Part shown: positions 9,501-19,982 of the stretch, piece after piece
Numbering within the stretch: position 1 is the stretch's first letter
How the letters are laid out: every line of letters begins with the position of its first letter
Origin: Cereibacter sphaeroides 2.4.1
GTDB taxonomy: Bacteria; Pseudomonadota; Alphaproteobacteria; Rhodobacterales; Rhodobacteraceae
Direction of reading: 5' to 3'
Assembly: GCF_000012905.2 (NCBI RefSeq)
Contig: NC_007493.2
Span: forward strand, 2,070,001-2,102,000
Length of the DNA: 32,000 nucleotides
Notes under the pieces: model-generated
What the model was told of the DNA's origin: nothing
Seen by the model: the letters and a program-made list of their open reading frames with translations, nothing else
The model's database searches: none
Made by a program: the position numbers and the translations under genes

Positions 9501-10288
9501 GATCGGCCAAGATCTGGTCCTGGATCGCCTTCGCCGCCGGGATGCTCTATTTCTTCCTGCCGCTGATCGGCATGTTCGAATTCTCGCTGCGGGCGCGCCG
9601 GGGCGAATACAGTTTCGACGCCTATGCCAGCGTGCTGGGCGATCCGCAGTTCCGCGCGACCTTCGGCTATTCGGTGCTGATGGCGCTCTTCACCATCGTC
9701 TTCGGCATCCTCCTTGTCGTCCCCACCGTCTTCTGGGTCCGGCTGAAGCTGCCGCGCTGGCGCCCGGTGATCGAGTTCATCACGCTCCTGCCGCTGGTGA
9801 TCCCGCCCATCGTGATCGTCTTCGGCTATATCCGTCTCTACAACACCTCGAGCTGGCTGCCGCTCACGGGTTCGGCCATGGGCACCAACCTGCTTCTGAT
9901 GTTCGGCTATACGATGCTGGCCCTGCCCTACATGTATCGCGCCGTGGATACGGGGCTGCGCACCATCGACGTCCAGACGCTGACCGAGGCCGCCCAGAGC
10001 CTCGGCGCCGGCTGGGTCACCATCCTCGCGCGGCTGATCCTGCCCAATGTGCTGGTCGCTGTCCTGTCGGGGGCCTTCCTCACCTTCGCCATCGTGATCG
10101 GCGAGTTCGTGCTGGCGGCGCTGCTGAACCGCCCGGCCTTCGGCCCCTACATGGTCTGGATGGGCGCGAACAAGGCCTATGAGCCCGCCGCGCTGGCCGT
10201 GATCGCCTTCGTCGTGACCTGGGCCTGCATGGCGCTGATCCAGCTCGTGACCCGCCTGTCCGCCCACACCCGGGCCCAACAAAGATGA
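9497..10288 (+). CDS. ABC transporter permease (second membrane component)
   Basis: 263 aa from ATG 9497 (MRSAKIWSWIAF...). EAA-like loop LTEAAQSLGAGWVTILARLILP. The track ORF starting at 9044 is an out-of-context upstream extension that overlaps the previous gene. Confidence 0.85.
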   Translation: MRSAKIWSWIAFAAGMLYFFLPLIGMFEFSLRARRGEYSFDAYASVLGDPQFRATFGYSVLMALFTIVFGILLVVPTVFWVRLKLPRWRPVIEFITLLPLVIPPIVIVFGYIRLYNTSSWLPLTGSAMGTNLLLMFGYTMLALPYMYRAVDTGLRTIDVQTLTEAAQSLGAGWVTILARLILPNVLVAVLSGAFLTFAIVIGEFVLAALLNRPAFGPYMVWMGANKAYEPAALAVIAFVVTWACMALIQLVTRLSAHTRAQQR

Positions 10289-10304
10289 AAAGGAACGCAG
10301 CCTG

Positions 10305-11363
<1,059 letters not shown>

Positions 11364-11416
11364 GGGCGGGAACCCGTCCGGCCCTCGCCGCCTTCCTTCG
11401 GGAAGGGAGGACGGCC

Positions 11417-11857
11417 ATGGACCGACGCATCATCCTCGACGGGCTGGTGGAATTCGAGACGCTGGCGCTGCGGGGCGGCATCCGCCTCGAGCTCGCGGAC
11501 AAGGACAAGGACGAGGACGACCGCCTCACCGTCGTGACCGAGTTCGAGGAGGTCGATCCCGCCTCGCCCGCGGGCTTCGGGCTTCTCGACCTGCGGCAGG
11601 AGTTCGAGGTACGAGGCCGGCTCTGCGAGGCGGGGATCGTGCTGAACGCCACCGGCGTCTATGCCGCCAGCGTCGCGACCCGGCTCGGGCGCTATGTGTG
11701 CGAGCGGCTGGCCGAGGTGGCCGAAACCAAGGGCACAGCGCAGGAGCGACTTGCCGCCGCACGCGATTGCCTTCTCCGCCATGCAGACGAACATGAGGAG
11801 GAGGTGCGTCAGGCGCTGGTGCAGTGCGCCTCCCTCGGCCGGACGCTGGCCGTCTGA
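11417..11857 (+). CDS. Hypothetical acidic protein (146 aa), no family recognised
   Basis: ATG at 11417 preceded by GGGAAGGGAGGA. Strong G/C third-position bias across the frame. Lies 53 nt after the ABC ATPase stop and 42 nt before the reductase gene. I recognise no motif. Confidence 0.6.
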   Translation: MDRRIILDGLVEFETLALRGGIRLELADKDKDEDDRLTVVTEFEEVDPASPAGFGLLDLRQEFEVRGRLCEAGIVLNATGVYAASVATRLGRYVCERLAEVAETKGTAQERLAAARDCLLRHADEHEEEVRQALVQCASLGRTLAV

Positions 11858-11899
11858 TGGCTGCGCCCTAGCTCTCGCTCCGCAGGCAGGAGAACATCT

Positions 11900-12925
11900 A
11901 TGCGATTGACCACGCGTGACTTCGACCGGACGGGGCGCCCGCTCCGCTTCACCGAGCTGGGCTTCGGCTCCTCGCCCTTGGGCAACCTCTACCGTGCCAT
12001 CTCGGAGGAGGAGGCGCAGGCGCTGCTCGAACGCGCCTGGGCCGGCGGCATCCGCTATTTCGACACGGCGCCCCTCTATGGCTACGGGCTGGCCGAGGAA
12101 CGGCTGGGCCGCTTCCTGGCCGGGCACCCGCGGTCGGACTATGTGCTCTCGACCAAGGTCGGGCGGCTCCTGCGGCCGGTCGAGCCGGGCGAGGCCCGCG
12201 ACGGGTTGGGCAAGTTCTTCGAGGTGCCCGAGCGCAAGGAGCGGTTCGACTACGGCTATGACGGGGTGATGCGCTCGCTCGAGGCTTCGCTCGACCGGCT
12301 CGGCCTCGACCGGGTGGATGTGCTCTATGCCCACGATCTCGACCTCTTCACCCACGGCTCGCAGGAGGCGCTGGAGGCACGGCTCGCGGAATTCATGGCC
12401 GGCGGCTACCGGGCGCTGGTCGAGCTGCGCGATCAGGGCGTGATCTCGGCCTTCGGCGCGGGGGTGAACGAGTGGCAGCCCTGCCAGTGGCTCGCCGAGC
12501 GGGGCGAGTTCGACCTCTTCCTCCTGGCCGGCCGCTACACGCTTCTGGAGCAGGAGGCGCTCGAGAGCTTCCTGCCCCTGGCCGAAGAGCGTGGCATCGG
12601 CATCGTGATCGGCGGCCCCTACAATTCCGGCGTGCTCGCCACGGGTCCGAAGCCCGGCTCCTTCTACGATTACCGGCTGGCCCCGCAGGCCGTGCTCGAC
12701 CGGGTGGCCCAGATCCACACGATCTGCGAGCGCTGGGGCGTGCGGATGTTCGAGGCGGCCTTCCAGTTCCCGTTGCGCCACCCCGCCGTGCTCTCGGTGA
12801 TCCCCGGCCCGCAGTCGGTGGGCGAGGTGATGGAGAACCGCATCGCGGCCGATGCCGAACTGCCGCCGGGTCTGTGGGAGGATCTGAAGGTGGCGGGGCT
12901 CCTCCGCCCCGATGCGCCGGTCTGA
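11900..12925 (+). CDS. Aldo/keto reductase (D-threo-aldose / L-fucose / pyridoxal 4-dehydrogenase-like subgroup)
   Basis: 341 aa. N-terminal LGFGSSPLGNLY, then GIRYFDTAPLYGYGLAEERLG and VLSTKVGR, all typical of AKR-superfamily TIM barrels. Confidence 0.85.
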   Translation: MRLTTRDFDRTGRPLRFTELGFGSSPLGNLYRAISEEEAQALLERAWAGGIRYFDTAPLYGYGLAEERLGRFLAGHPRSDYVLSTKVGRLLRPVEPGEARDGLGKFFEVPERKERFDYGYDGVMRSLEASLDRLGLDRVDVLYAHDLDLFTHGSQEALEARLAEFMAGGYRALVELRDQGVISAFGAGVNEWQPCQWLAERGEFDLFLLAGRYTLLEQEALESFLPLAEERGIGIVIGGPYNSGVLATGPKPGSFYDYRLAPQAVLDRVAQIHTICERWGVRMFEAAFQFPLRHPAVLSVIPGPQSVGEVMENRIAADAELPPGLWEDLKVAGLLRPDAPV

Positions 12926-13027
12926 GGCGTCTCCCCGAGATCACGGAGGCCCTGCGCGGGTGAGGCCGCCCGAGCCACGGGCGCGGGAGCCCCCCTCCCG
13001 GCGGTTGACGCGGGGCGGCTCCCTTCG

Positions 13028-13067
13028 CGGCGGCGGCAGCGGCAAGTCCCTGCCGCTGCCGCCGCCG
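13028..13067. terminator. Perfect 17-bp GC hairpin between convergent genes (putative bidirectional terminator)
   Basis: CGGCGGCGGCAGCGGCA (13028-13044), loop AGTCCC, then TGCCGCTGCCGCCGCCG (13051-13067). Lies between the reductase stop (12925) and the ferredoxin stop (13083). No clear U-tract on either side. Confidence 0.5.
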
Positions 13068-13082
13068 GGCCGAGGGGTCTGA

Positions 13083-13509
<427 letters not shown>

Positions 13510-13512
<3 letters not shown>

Positions 13513-13524
13513 CTTTCTATGTTC
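13510..13524 (+). promoter_or_regulatory. Alphaproteobacterial LexA (SOS) box GTTC-N7-GTTC
   Basis: GTTCTTTCTATGTTC is an exact match to the direct-repeat SOS operator described for Rhodobacter sphaeroides and other alphaproteobacteria. It sits inside an 8-nt direct repeat CTATGTTC x2 (13506-13513 and 13517-13524). It overlaps the putative -10 element and the ATG. Confidence 0.55.
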
Positions 13525-13941
13525 ACATCATCGGATCTCACCGCCAACTGGCTCACCATGACCCCGGAACCGGGCAGCTGGCCCCGTCCGCCCAAGGCCA
13601 TTCCCGCCGGACGGCTGAACGAGCCGCCCTCGGGGGCACGGGTGGCGGTGGCGGGCCTCGTGCTGGTGCGCCAGCGGCCCGGCACGGCCAAGGGCGTGAT
13701 CTTCCTCACGCTCGAGGACGAGACCGGCGTGGTCAATGTCGTGGTCTGGGCCAAGATCTACGAGCAGTTCCGCCGCGCCGTGATCGCCGGGCGGCTTCTG
13801 CGGGTGACGGGGCGGCTCCAGCGGGAAGCAGGCGTGGTGCATGTGGTGGCCGAGACCATCGAGGATATTTCCCATCTGCTCGACCGGCTCCTTGCAGAGC
13901 ATTTCCACCCCGATGGCGCCCGGGCGGGAGATCAGCCCTGA
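13519..13941 (+). pseudogene. dnaE2: Orphan C-terminal fragment of error-prone DNA polymerase DnaE2 (OB-fold region only); intact frame, possibly expressed as a 140-aa stand-alone protein
   Basis: The segment ...GARVAVAGLVLVRQRPGTAKGVIFLTLEDETGVVNVVVWAKIYEQFRRAVIAGRLLRVTGRLQREAGVVHVVAE...DISHLL matches the conserved extreme C-terminus of DnaE2/ImuC, which is about 1,000-1,100 aa full length. No PHP or polymerase core is encoded upstream; a divergent ferredoxin gene lies there instead. Confidence 0.7.
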
Positions 13942-14219
13942 ACCGACCCTGTTCCGGGCGGGACCGCAATCCCGTGCAAGAAGGCTCCTGTCGCCCGTCG
14001 TGATCGGGCGTCGGCCCCGCCGGGGCGACCTGCGGCTCTCTCCCGGCGAGACCCGCCCTCCCCTTGCGCCGCACGACCCACTCCCGGACATCTCTCTCCG
14101 GCGGGAGAGACCGCGCGCCGCCGGACTGCCCCGGTTTGCCGCGCCTTTCGCCCCTCGCATCGCCTTTCCCCTCGCGGCAAGTTGCGCCATGCTTCGGGCC
14201 GAACCGACAGGAAGTCCCG

Positions 14220-14672
14220 ATGATCCGCCGTCCCGCCCTTCTCGCGCTGCTGCTGCTGACCGCCTGCGGGGGTCCCGTCATGCCCGAGCCGCCGCGGCCG
14301 CCCGACCTCACAATCGGGATCCGCACGGAAAAGCCCGCGCCCGAGGCCGGCATCTGCTGGGCCGGCGAGGAGGGCCGCTGGTTCGAAGCACCCTGCCCGG
14401 ACCTCATGACGCCCGAGCGGATCGCCACGCTCCAGCGCGCGCTCGAGGCGCGGGGCCTCTATGCAGGAGAGATCACGGAAGAACTCGATACGCGCACCCG
14501 CAACGGCATCCGCAAGCTGCAGGCCCCGCTCGGGCTCGACAGCGACCGGCTGTCCCTCGCCGCCGCCCGCGCCCTGGGTCTGGTGCCGATCGAGCTTTCC
14601 CTTCCCGAGGAGGAGGAGCCGGAGAGCCCCCTCCCCGACGCCGCGGATCCAGCCGACGAGACCGAGAGCTGA
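14220..14672 (+). CDS. Lipoprotein with a peptidoglycan-binding (PG_binding_1-like) domain
   Basis: 150 aa from ATG 14220, with AGGAAG upstream. Lipobox LLLLTAC-G. Motif LQRALEARGLYAGEITEELDTRTRNGIRKLQAPLGL resembles the peptidoglycan-binding repeat. Acidic Pro/Glu tail. Confidence 0.7.
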   Translation: MIRRPALLALLLLTACGGPVMPEPPRPPDLTIGIRTEKPAPEAGICWAGEEGRWFEAPCPDLMTPERIATLQRALEARGLYAGEITEELDTRTRNGIRKLQAPLGLDSDRLSLAAARALGLVPIELSLPEEEEPESPLPDAADPADETES

Positions 14673-14708
14673 CCCGATCTCCGCTGGATCTCTGCAGGGC
14701 GGATGGAG

Positions 14709-14727
14709 GGCCGCGCCGGGCGCGGCC
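14709..14727. terminator. GC hairpin between the convergent lipoprotein and protease genes
   Basis: GGCCGCGC (14709-14716), loop CGG, then GCGCGGCC (14720-14727). Abuts the TAG stop of the protease gene. Confidence 0.4.
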
Positions 14728-16208
14728 TACTCGCTGACCGTCAGGGCCACGAAACGCGGATCGCCGCCGCGGCGGATCAGCAGGAGCAGCGATTTCCGCC
14801 CCGCCTCCCGCGCCTCGGTCACACGGTCCTGCAGATCCTTGATCGAGACCACTTTCTGCTGGCCGGCCTCGGTGATCACGTCTCCCTCGCGCAAGCCCTT
14901 GGAATAGGCCTCGGAGGCCGGATCGACATCCGTCACGGCAAGCCCCTCGGTGCCGCCGGGCAGGCCCAGCTCTCCGGCCTGCTCGGCCGTGAGCGGCGCC
15001 ACGGTCAGGCCCAGAAGATCGGCCGTCGACGGTTCCGTCGGCTCGGTCGCGCCGGGTGCCTCGGGGCCTTCGTTCTCGGCTTCCTCGCGACGCCCGAGCG
15101 TCACCGACAGGGTCCGGGTCTTGCCTTCGCGCATCACGATGACACGCACCGCCTCGCCAATGGGCGCATCGGCCACCCGGCGCACCAGATCGCGGGTGTC
15201 CGCCACGGGCGCGCTATCGAAGGTCACGATCACGTCGCCAGACTGCATGCCGGCCTCTTTCGCGGGGCCTTCCGGCACGTCGGTCACGAGGGCGCCTTTG
15301 GCCTCGGTGAGGCCCATCGCCTCGGCCACGTCGGGGGTCACGTCCTGGATCCGCACGCCGAGCCAGCCGCGGCGGGTCTCGCCGAACTCGCGCAGCTGCT
15401 GCACGACCTTCACCACCACGTTCGAGGCCATCGAGAAGCCGATGCCGATCGAGCCGCCGTTCGGCGACAGGATCGCCGTGTTCACGCCGATCACCTGCCC
15501 GTCCATGTTGAACAGCGGACCGCCCGAATTGCCGCGGTTGATGGCGGCGTCGGTCTGGATGTAATCGTCGTAGGTGCCGGAGAGGGCCCGGTTGCGCGCC
15601 GACACGATGCCGGCCGAGACCGAGAAGCCCTGCCCCAGCGGGTTGCCCATCGCCACGACCCAGTCGCCAACGCGGGCGAGGTCGGAGTTGCCGAAGCTCA
15701 CGAAGGGCAGCGGCTGGTTCCCATCGACCTTCAGCAGCGCGATGTCGGTCTTCGGATCGGTGCCGACGAGCTTCGCCTCGAGCTTCTTGCCCGAGAAGAA
15801 CTCGATCTGGATGTCGTCGGCCCCTTCGATGACATGATTGTTGGTGACGATGTAGCCGTCTTCCGAGATCACGAAGCCCGAACCCAGCGCCTCGGAGCGG
15901 CGCGGGCCCTCGCCGCGGTTCTGCGGGTCCATGAAGTCACGGAAGAAATCCTCGAAGGGCGAGCCTTCGGGCACGAGGGGCGAATTCTGCGTGGGTGCCG
16001 CCACGACGGTCGAGGTCGTGATGTTCACGACGGCCGGGCTGATCTTCTCGGCGAGGCCTGCGAAACTTGCGGGAGCGTTCTGCGCCTTGACCGCCACGGC
16101 CTGCGCCAGCGCCAGGGCGAGCCCGAGCATCAGCGCGAGGAAGAGACGCGAGACCGACGCGGGCACCGGGTGGATGCGGCGGGCGATGGTAATGGCGTGA
16201 GACTGCAC
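14727..16208 (-). CDS. Do/DegP/HtrA-family periplasmic serine endopeptidase with two PDZ domains
   Basis: 493 aa from GTG 16208, with AAGGAG 7 nt upstream. Signal peptide ...LALALAQAVAVKA-Q. Catalytic triad contexts TNNHVIEGA, DIALLKV and GNSGGPLF. Two PDZ-like segments. The in-frame extension up to 16364 is Arg/Cys-rich and lies upstream of the ribosome-binding site. Confidence 0.85.
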   Translation of the reverse strand: MQSHAITIARRIHPVPASVSRLFLALMLGLALALAQAVAVKAQNAPASFAGLAEKISPAVVNITTSTVVAAPTQNSPLVPEGSPFEDFFRDFMDPQNRGEGPRRSEALGSGFVISEDGYIVTNNHVIEGADDIQIEFFSGKKLEAKLVGTDPKTDIALLKVDGNQPLPFVSFGNSDLARVGDWVVAMGNPLGQGFSVSAGIVSARNRALSGTYDDYIQTDAAINRGNSGGPLFNMDGQVIGVNTAILSPNGGSIGIGFSMASNVVVKVVQQLREFGETRRGWLGVRIQDVTPDVAEAMGLTEAKGALVTDVPEGPAKEAGMQSGDVIVTFDSAPVADTRDLVRRVADAPIGEAVRVIVMREGKTRTLSVTLGRREEAENEGPEAPGATEPTEPSTADLLGLTVAPLTAEQAGELGLPGGTEGLAVTDVDPASEAYSKGLREGDVITEAGQQKVVSIKDLQDRVTEAREAGRKSLLLLIRRGGDPRFVALTVSE

Positions 16209-16360
16209 ACCCGACTCCTTTCGAGATAGCTGAGCGGCCAACTGCAAGCTGCACCGCCCCGAAGTGACAGTCGGGCAAGATGCGCCGCAATGCAAACGGC
16301 GTCTTGGCCCGTCAAGCTCATGTGAAGCCTGCCGGCAGGGCCCCGCCGACAGGCATCGTG

Positions 16361-17383
16361 TCACTGGACGGCCGGTGCGGGCGTGGCGGCATCCTGACCG
16401 GCGGGCGGAGCCGCCGGTGTCTCTTCGGCCTGGCCCGTCTGCTCGCCCGCAGGAGCGGTCGCGTCACCCGTTTCGGGGGACGCCGCCGCCGGCGCTGCGG
16501 GGCGCGGCGTGCCTTCCGGCGCGCGGTCGCTGCGCAGATACTGGAAGAACTCGCTGTCGGGCTGCATGACGATGGAGGAGCCGCCGCCCTGCAGCGCGCG
16601 CTCGTAGGAGGTGAGCGAGCGGGTGAAGGCGAAGAACTCGGGATCGCGGCCGAAGGCCTCCGCATAGACCGAGTTCCGCTGAGCGTCGGCCTCGCCGCGG
16701 ATCACCTCGGCCTGACGGCGCGCCTCGGACGTCACCTCGACCACGGTCCGGTCCGCGGCCGCGCGCACGCGCTGCGCCGCCTCGTTGCCGCGGGCGATCT
16801 CGTCGGCCGCCTCACGCTCGCGCTCGGCCCGCATCCGGCCGTAGGTGGCCGACAGGTTCTGCTCGGGCAGGTCGGTGCGGGTGAGACGCACGTCGATCAC
16901 GTCCACACCCAAGGCCAGCGCCTGACGGCGGGCCAGATCGCGGATCTGGTTCATGAGCACCGTCCGGTCCTCGGAGAGGACGCGGATCGAGGGCACGCCA
17001 CCCAGCACTTCGCGAATGGCCGGGCTCATGATGCGCTGGAGCCGGGTCTGCGCCGCCTCGATGCCGCCCGCACCCACGGCCTCGCGGAATTCGACGAGAT
17101 CCACGATGCGCCAGCGGGCGAAGGCATCGACCACGAGGCGCCGGTCGTCGAGCGGGGTCACCTCGAGCGGCTGCGTGGGCAGGCCAAGGATGCGCCCGTC
17201 GTAGCGCACGACCTCCTGGATGAGGGGGATCTTGAAGCCGATGCCCGGTTCTTCCTTGACCGCCTTCACCTGACCGAACTGCAGCACCAGCGCCTTCTCG
17301 CGCTCGTCCACGATGAAGATCGACGAGAAGCCCACGGCAACCAGAATGGCGAGGATGGGCAGGATGAGAGAGCTGCGGTTCAT
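16361..17383 (-). CDS. hflC: Protease modulator HflC (SPFH/band-7 domain) with a Pro/Ala-rich C-terminal tail
   Basis: 340 aa. N-terminal TM anchor, SPFH domain, and a position immediately after hflK with a 1-nt TGATG overlap at 17383. The last ~49 residues are low-complexity (PAAPAAASPETGDATAPAGEQTGQAEETPAAPPAGQDAATPAPAVQ). Confidence 0.9.
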   Translation of the reverse strand: MNRSSLILPILAILVAVGFSSIFIVDEREKALVLQFGQVKAVKEEPGIGFKIPLIQEVVRYDGRILGLPTQPLEVTPLDDRRLVVDAFARWRIVDLVEFREAVGAGGIEAAQTRLQRIMSPAIREVLGGVPSIRVLSEDRTVLMNQIRDLARRQALALGVDVIDVRLTRTDLPEQNLSATYGRMRAEREREAADEIARGNEAAQRVRAAADRTVVEVTSEARRQAEVIRGEADAQRNSVYAEAFGRDPEFFAFTRSLTSYERALQGGGSSIVMQPDSEFFQYLRSDRAPEGTPRPAAPAAASPETGDATAPAGEQTGQAEETPAAPPAGQDAATPAPAVQ

Positions 17384-18564
17384 CAGTTGGCCTCCCCGGT
17401 CGCGGTCGAGCCTGCGCGGGCGCCGCCCGTGTTGCGGCCGAGCTCGTTCAGCGGCAGGTAGGGCACGACGCCCGAGCCGCCTTCGCCCTGAACGCCGTCG
17501 AGGATCACCTTGTCCATCGAGCCGAGCACCTTCTCCATGGTTTCGAGATACATCCGGCGGCGGGTGACGTCAGGCGCCTTCACATATTCCTCGTAGACCG
17601 AGTTGAAGCGCGAAGCCTCACCCTCGGCATTGTTCACGACCTCGGCGCGGTAGCCCTCGGCCTGTTCCGTCAGCCGCGCGGCTTCCCCGCGGGCGGCCGC
17701 GGTCACGCGGTTGGCATAGGCATCGGCTTCCTTCTCGAGCCGGTCGCGCTCCTGCTGGGCGGCCTGCACTTCGCGGAAGCTGTCGATGACCTCCTGCGGC
17801 GGGTCGGCCTTGTCGAAGTTGACGCGGACGACATTGATGCCGGCCTGATAGCTGTCGAGCGTGGTCTGCACCGCCGCCAGCAGGTCCGAGGCGATGATGC
17901 CGCGGTCGCGGTTGAGGATCGGCGAGAGCTCGGACCGGGCGATGATGTCACGCATCGCGGATTCCGAGACCGCGCGGATCGTGTCGGCCGGATCGGCGAG
18001 GTTGAACAGGAATTGCGCGGGATCCGAGATGTTCCAGACCACCTGGAACTCGATGTCCACGATGTTCTGGTCGCGCGTGAGCATGAGGCCGCTGTCGGTA
18101 TCGCCGCCGCGGCCGGTGCCGATGTCGGTCGTGCGTTCGCCCGTCACCTGCACCACCTCGGCCGTGACGAACGGCCAGGGCGCGAAGTTGAGGCCCGGAT
18201 TGCCGATGGCGCTGAACTCGCCCAGGAACAGCTCGACCGAGCGTTCCTCGGGCCGCACCGTGTAGAAGGACATGAAGGCCCAGACGCCCACGGCCGCCAG
18301 CGCGCCGAGCGCAAGGCCCTGCCGGGTGAAGAGCGGGCCGATCGGATTGCCGCCGTTCCCGCCTCCGCCGCCCCGCCCGCCGTTCGGACGGCTCCGGCCG
18401 CCCATCAGCACGCGCAGCTGCTCCTGCCCCTTCTTCACGATCTCGTCGATCTCGGGCATCTGGGACCCTTCACCGCCGCCGGGACGCCGCCCGCCGCGGC
18501 CGTCACGCCCGTCCCTGTCGCCGCGATCTCCACCGCCTCCGCCCCAAGGTCCTCCGTTGGACAT
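17383..18564 (-). CDS. hflK: Protease modulator HflK (SPFH/band-7 domain)
   Basis: 393 aa. Gly/Arg-rich N-terminus, a single TM segment, an SPFH domain and a coiled-coil region (QAAQQERDRLEKEADAYANRV). Precedes hflC. Confidence 0.9.
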   Translation of the reverse strand: MSNGGPWGGGGGDRGDRDGRDGRGGRRPGGGEGSQMPEIDEIVKKGQEQLRVLMGGRSRPNGGRGGGGGNGGNPIGPLFTRQGLALGALAAVGVWAFMSFYTVRPEERSVELFLGEFSAIGNPGLNFAPWPFVTAEVVQVTGERTTDIGTGRGGDTDSGLMLTRDQNIVDIEFQVVWNISDPAQFLFNLADPADTIRAVSESAMRDIIARSELSPILNRDRGIIASDLLAAVQTTLDSYQAGINVVRVNFDKADPPQEVIDSFREVQAAQQERDRLEKEADAYANRVTAAARGEAARLTEQAEGYRAEVVNNAEGEASRFNSVYEEYVKAPDVTRRRMYLETMEKVLGSMDKVILDGVQGEGGSGVVPYLPLNELGRNTGGARAGSTATGEAN

Positions 18565-18619
18565 ATAACCCTTTCCCTTTCCTTGCCTGCCGCCTTAACT
18601 GGTCATCCAAAAAGCAAAT

Positions 18620-19978
18620 TCAAGCCGTGCGGATGGGTTTGCGCAGGGTCACGAGTTCCTCGGCCATGGTCGGATGAACCGCCACGGTCCGATCGAAGTC
18701 TTCCTTCGTCGCCCCCATCTTCACGGCGATGGCGGCGAGCTGGATCATCTCGCCCGCATTCGGGGCGACGATGTGGCAGCCGAGCACCTTCCGGCTCGCC
18801 TGGCTGACGATCAGTTTCATGAGCACGCGGTCGGGCCGGCCGGCAAAGAGCGACTGCATCGGCCGGAAGGCCGCGGCATAGACCTCGATGGGCTCCTGCT
18901 CGCGCGCGGCCTCTTCGCTCAGCCCCACCGAGCCGAGTTCCGGCTGGGTGAAGACCGCCGAGGCTACGAGCTCGTGGTCGGCCTGCCGCGGCTCGCCCTT
19001 GAAGACCGTGTCGGCGAAGGCGTGGCCCTCGCGGATCGCGACCGGCGTCAGGTTGATCCGGTCGGTCACATCCCCCACCGCATAGATCGAGGGCACCGAG
19101 GTCTGGCTCCAGCCGTCGACCGGGATCTGGCCGTGGCGGCCGAGCTCGATGCCCAGCGCCTCGAGCCCGAGCCCGCGCGTGTTGGGCCGCCGTCCGGTGG
19201 CATAGAGGACCGCGCCGAACTCCTGATCCGACCCGTCGGTGGTCACGGCGCGCACTCCACGCTCGGTCTTCTCGAGCCGGATCACGTCGGTGCCGCATTT
19301 GATATGGATGCCACGGTCGATCATGGCCGAGGCGACATGGCCGCGCGCCTCGTCGTCGAAGCCGCGCAGGATCTGCGCGCCGCGGTAGAACTGGCAGACC
19401 TCGACCCCGAGCCCGTGCAGGATGCAGGCGAATTCGCTGGCGATGTAGCCGCCGCCCACCACGAGGATCGAGGTGGGCAGGCTCTCGAGCTGGAACACGT
19501 CGTCCGAACTCATCGCCAGCTCGCAGCCCGGGAAGTCCGGCACGAAGGGGCGCCCGCCGGTCGCGATCAGGATGTGCTTGGCCGTGACCTTGCGCCCCGA
19601 GGCCAGCGCGACCGTATGGGCATCGGCCACCGTCGCGCGCTCGTCGAAGATCTCGACCCCGGCCGAGGTCAGGCCCGAGCGGTAGGCGGCCTCGAGCCTG
19701 TCGAGCTCGCGATCCAGCTTGCCCCGGAAGGCGGGCCAGTCGAAGCCGCCGATCGAGGCGTCCCATCCGTAGGCGCGCGCATCCTCGACCGCATCCGGAT
19801 AGCCCGAGGCGAAGACCATCAGCTTCTTGGGCACGCAGCCGCGGATGACGCAGGTGCCGCCCATGCGGCTCTCCTCGGCCAGCGCGACAGTCGCGCCGCC
19901 TTCCGAAGCCGCGATCCGGGCGGCGCGCACACCGCCCGAGCCGCCGCCGATGACGAACAGGTCATAGTCGAAGGCCAC
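18620..19978 (-). CDS. gor: Glutathione-disulfide reductase
   Basis: 452 aa from GTG 19978. FAD fold DLFVIGGGSGG, redox-active disulfide GGTCVIRGCVPKK, and C-terminal HPTMAEE interface/His-Glu motif. Confidence 0.9.
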   Translation of the reverse strand: MAFDYDLFVIGGGSGGVRAARIAASEGGATVALAEESRMGGTCVIRGCVPKKLMVFASGYPDAVEDARAYGWDASIGGFDWPAFRGKLDRELDRLEAAYRSGLTSAGVEIFDERATVADAHTVALASGRKVTAKHILIATGGRPFVPDFPGCELAMSSDDVFQLESLPTSILVVGGGYIASEFACILHGLGVEVCQFYRGAQILRGFDDEARGHVASAMIDRGIHIKCGTDVIRLEKTERGVRAVTTDGSDQEFGAVLYATGRRPNTRGLGLEALGIELGRHGQIPVDGWSQTSVPSIYAVGDVTDRINLTPVAIREGHAFADTVFKGEPRQADHELVASAVFTQPELGSVGLSEEAAREQEPIEVYAAAFRPMQSLFAGRPDRVLMKLIVSQASRKVLGCHIVAPNAGEMIQLAAIAVKMGATKEDFDRTVAVHPTMAEELVTLRKPIRTA

Positions 19979-19982
19979 GGTC

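Noticed and set aside
16209-16360. Heat-shock (sigma32-like) promoter CTTGCA-N13-CTATCT in the hflC-degP gap.
   Set aside because: The -10-like CTATCT (complement of 16224-16229) ends only 3 nt before the AAGGAG ribosome-binding site. A transcript initiated there would lack the ribosome-binding site, so the geometry is inconsistent with the chosen GTG start. I cannot decide this without transcription start site data.
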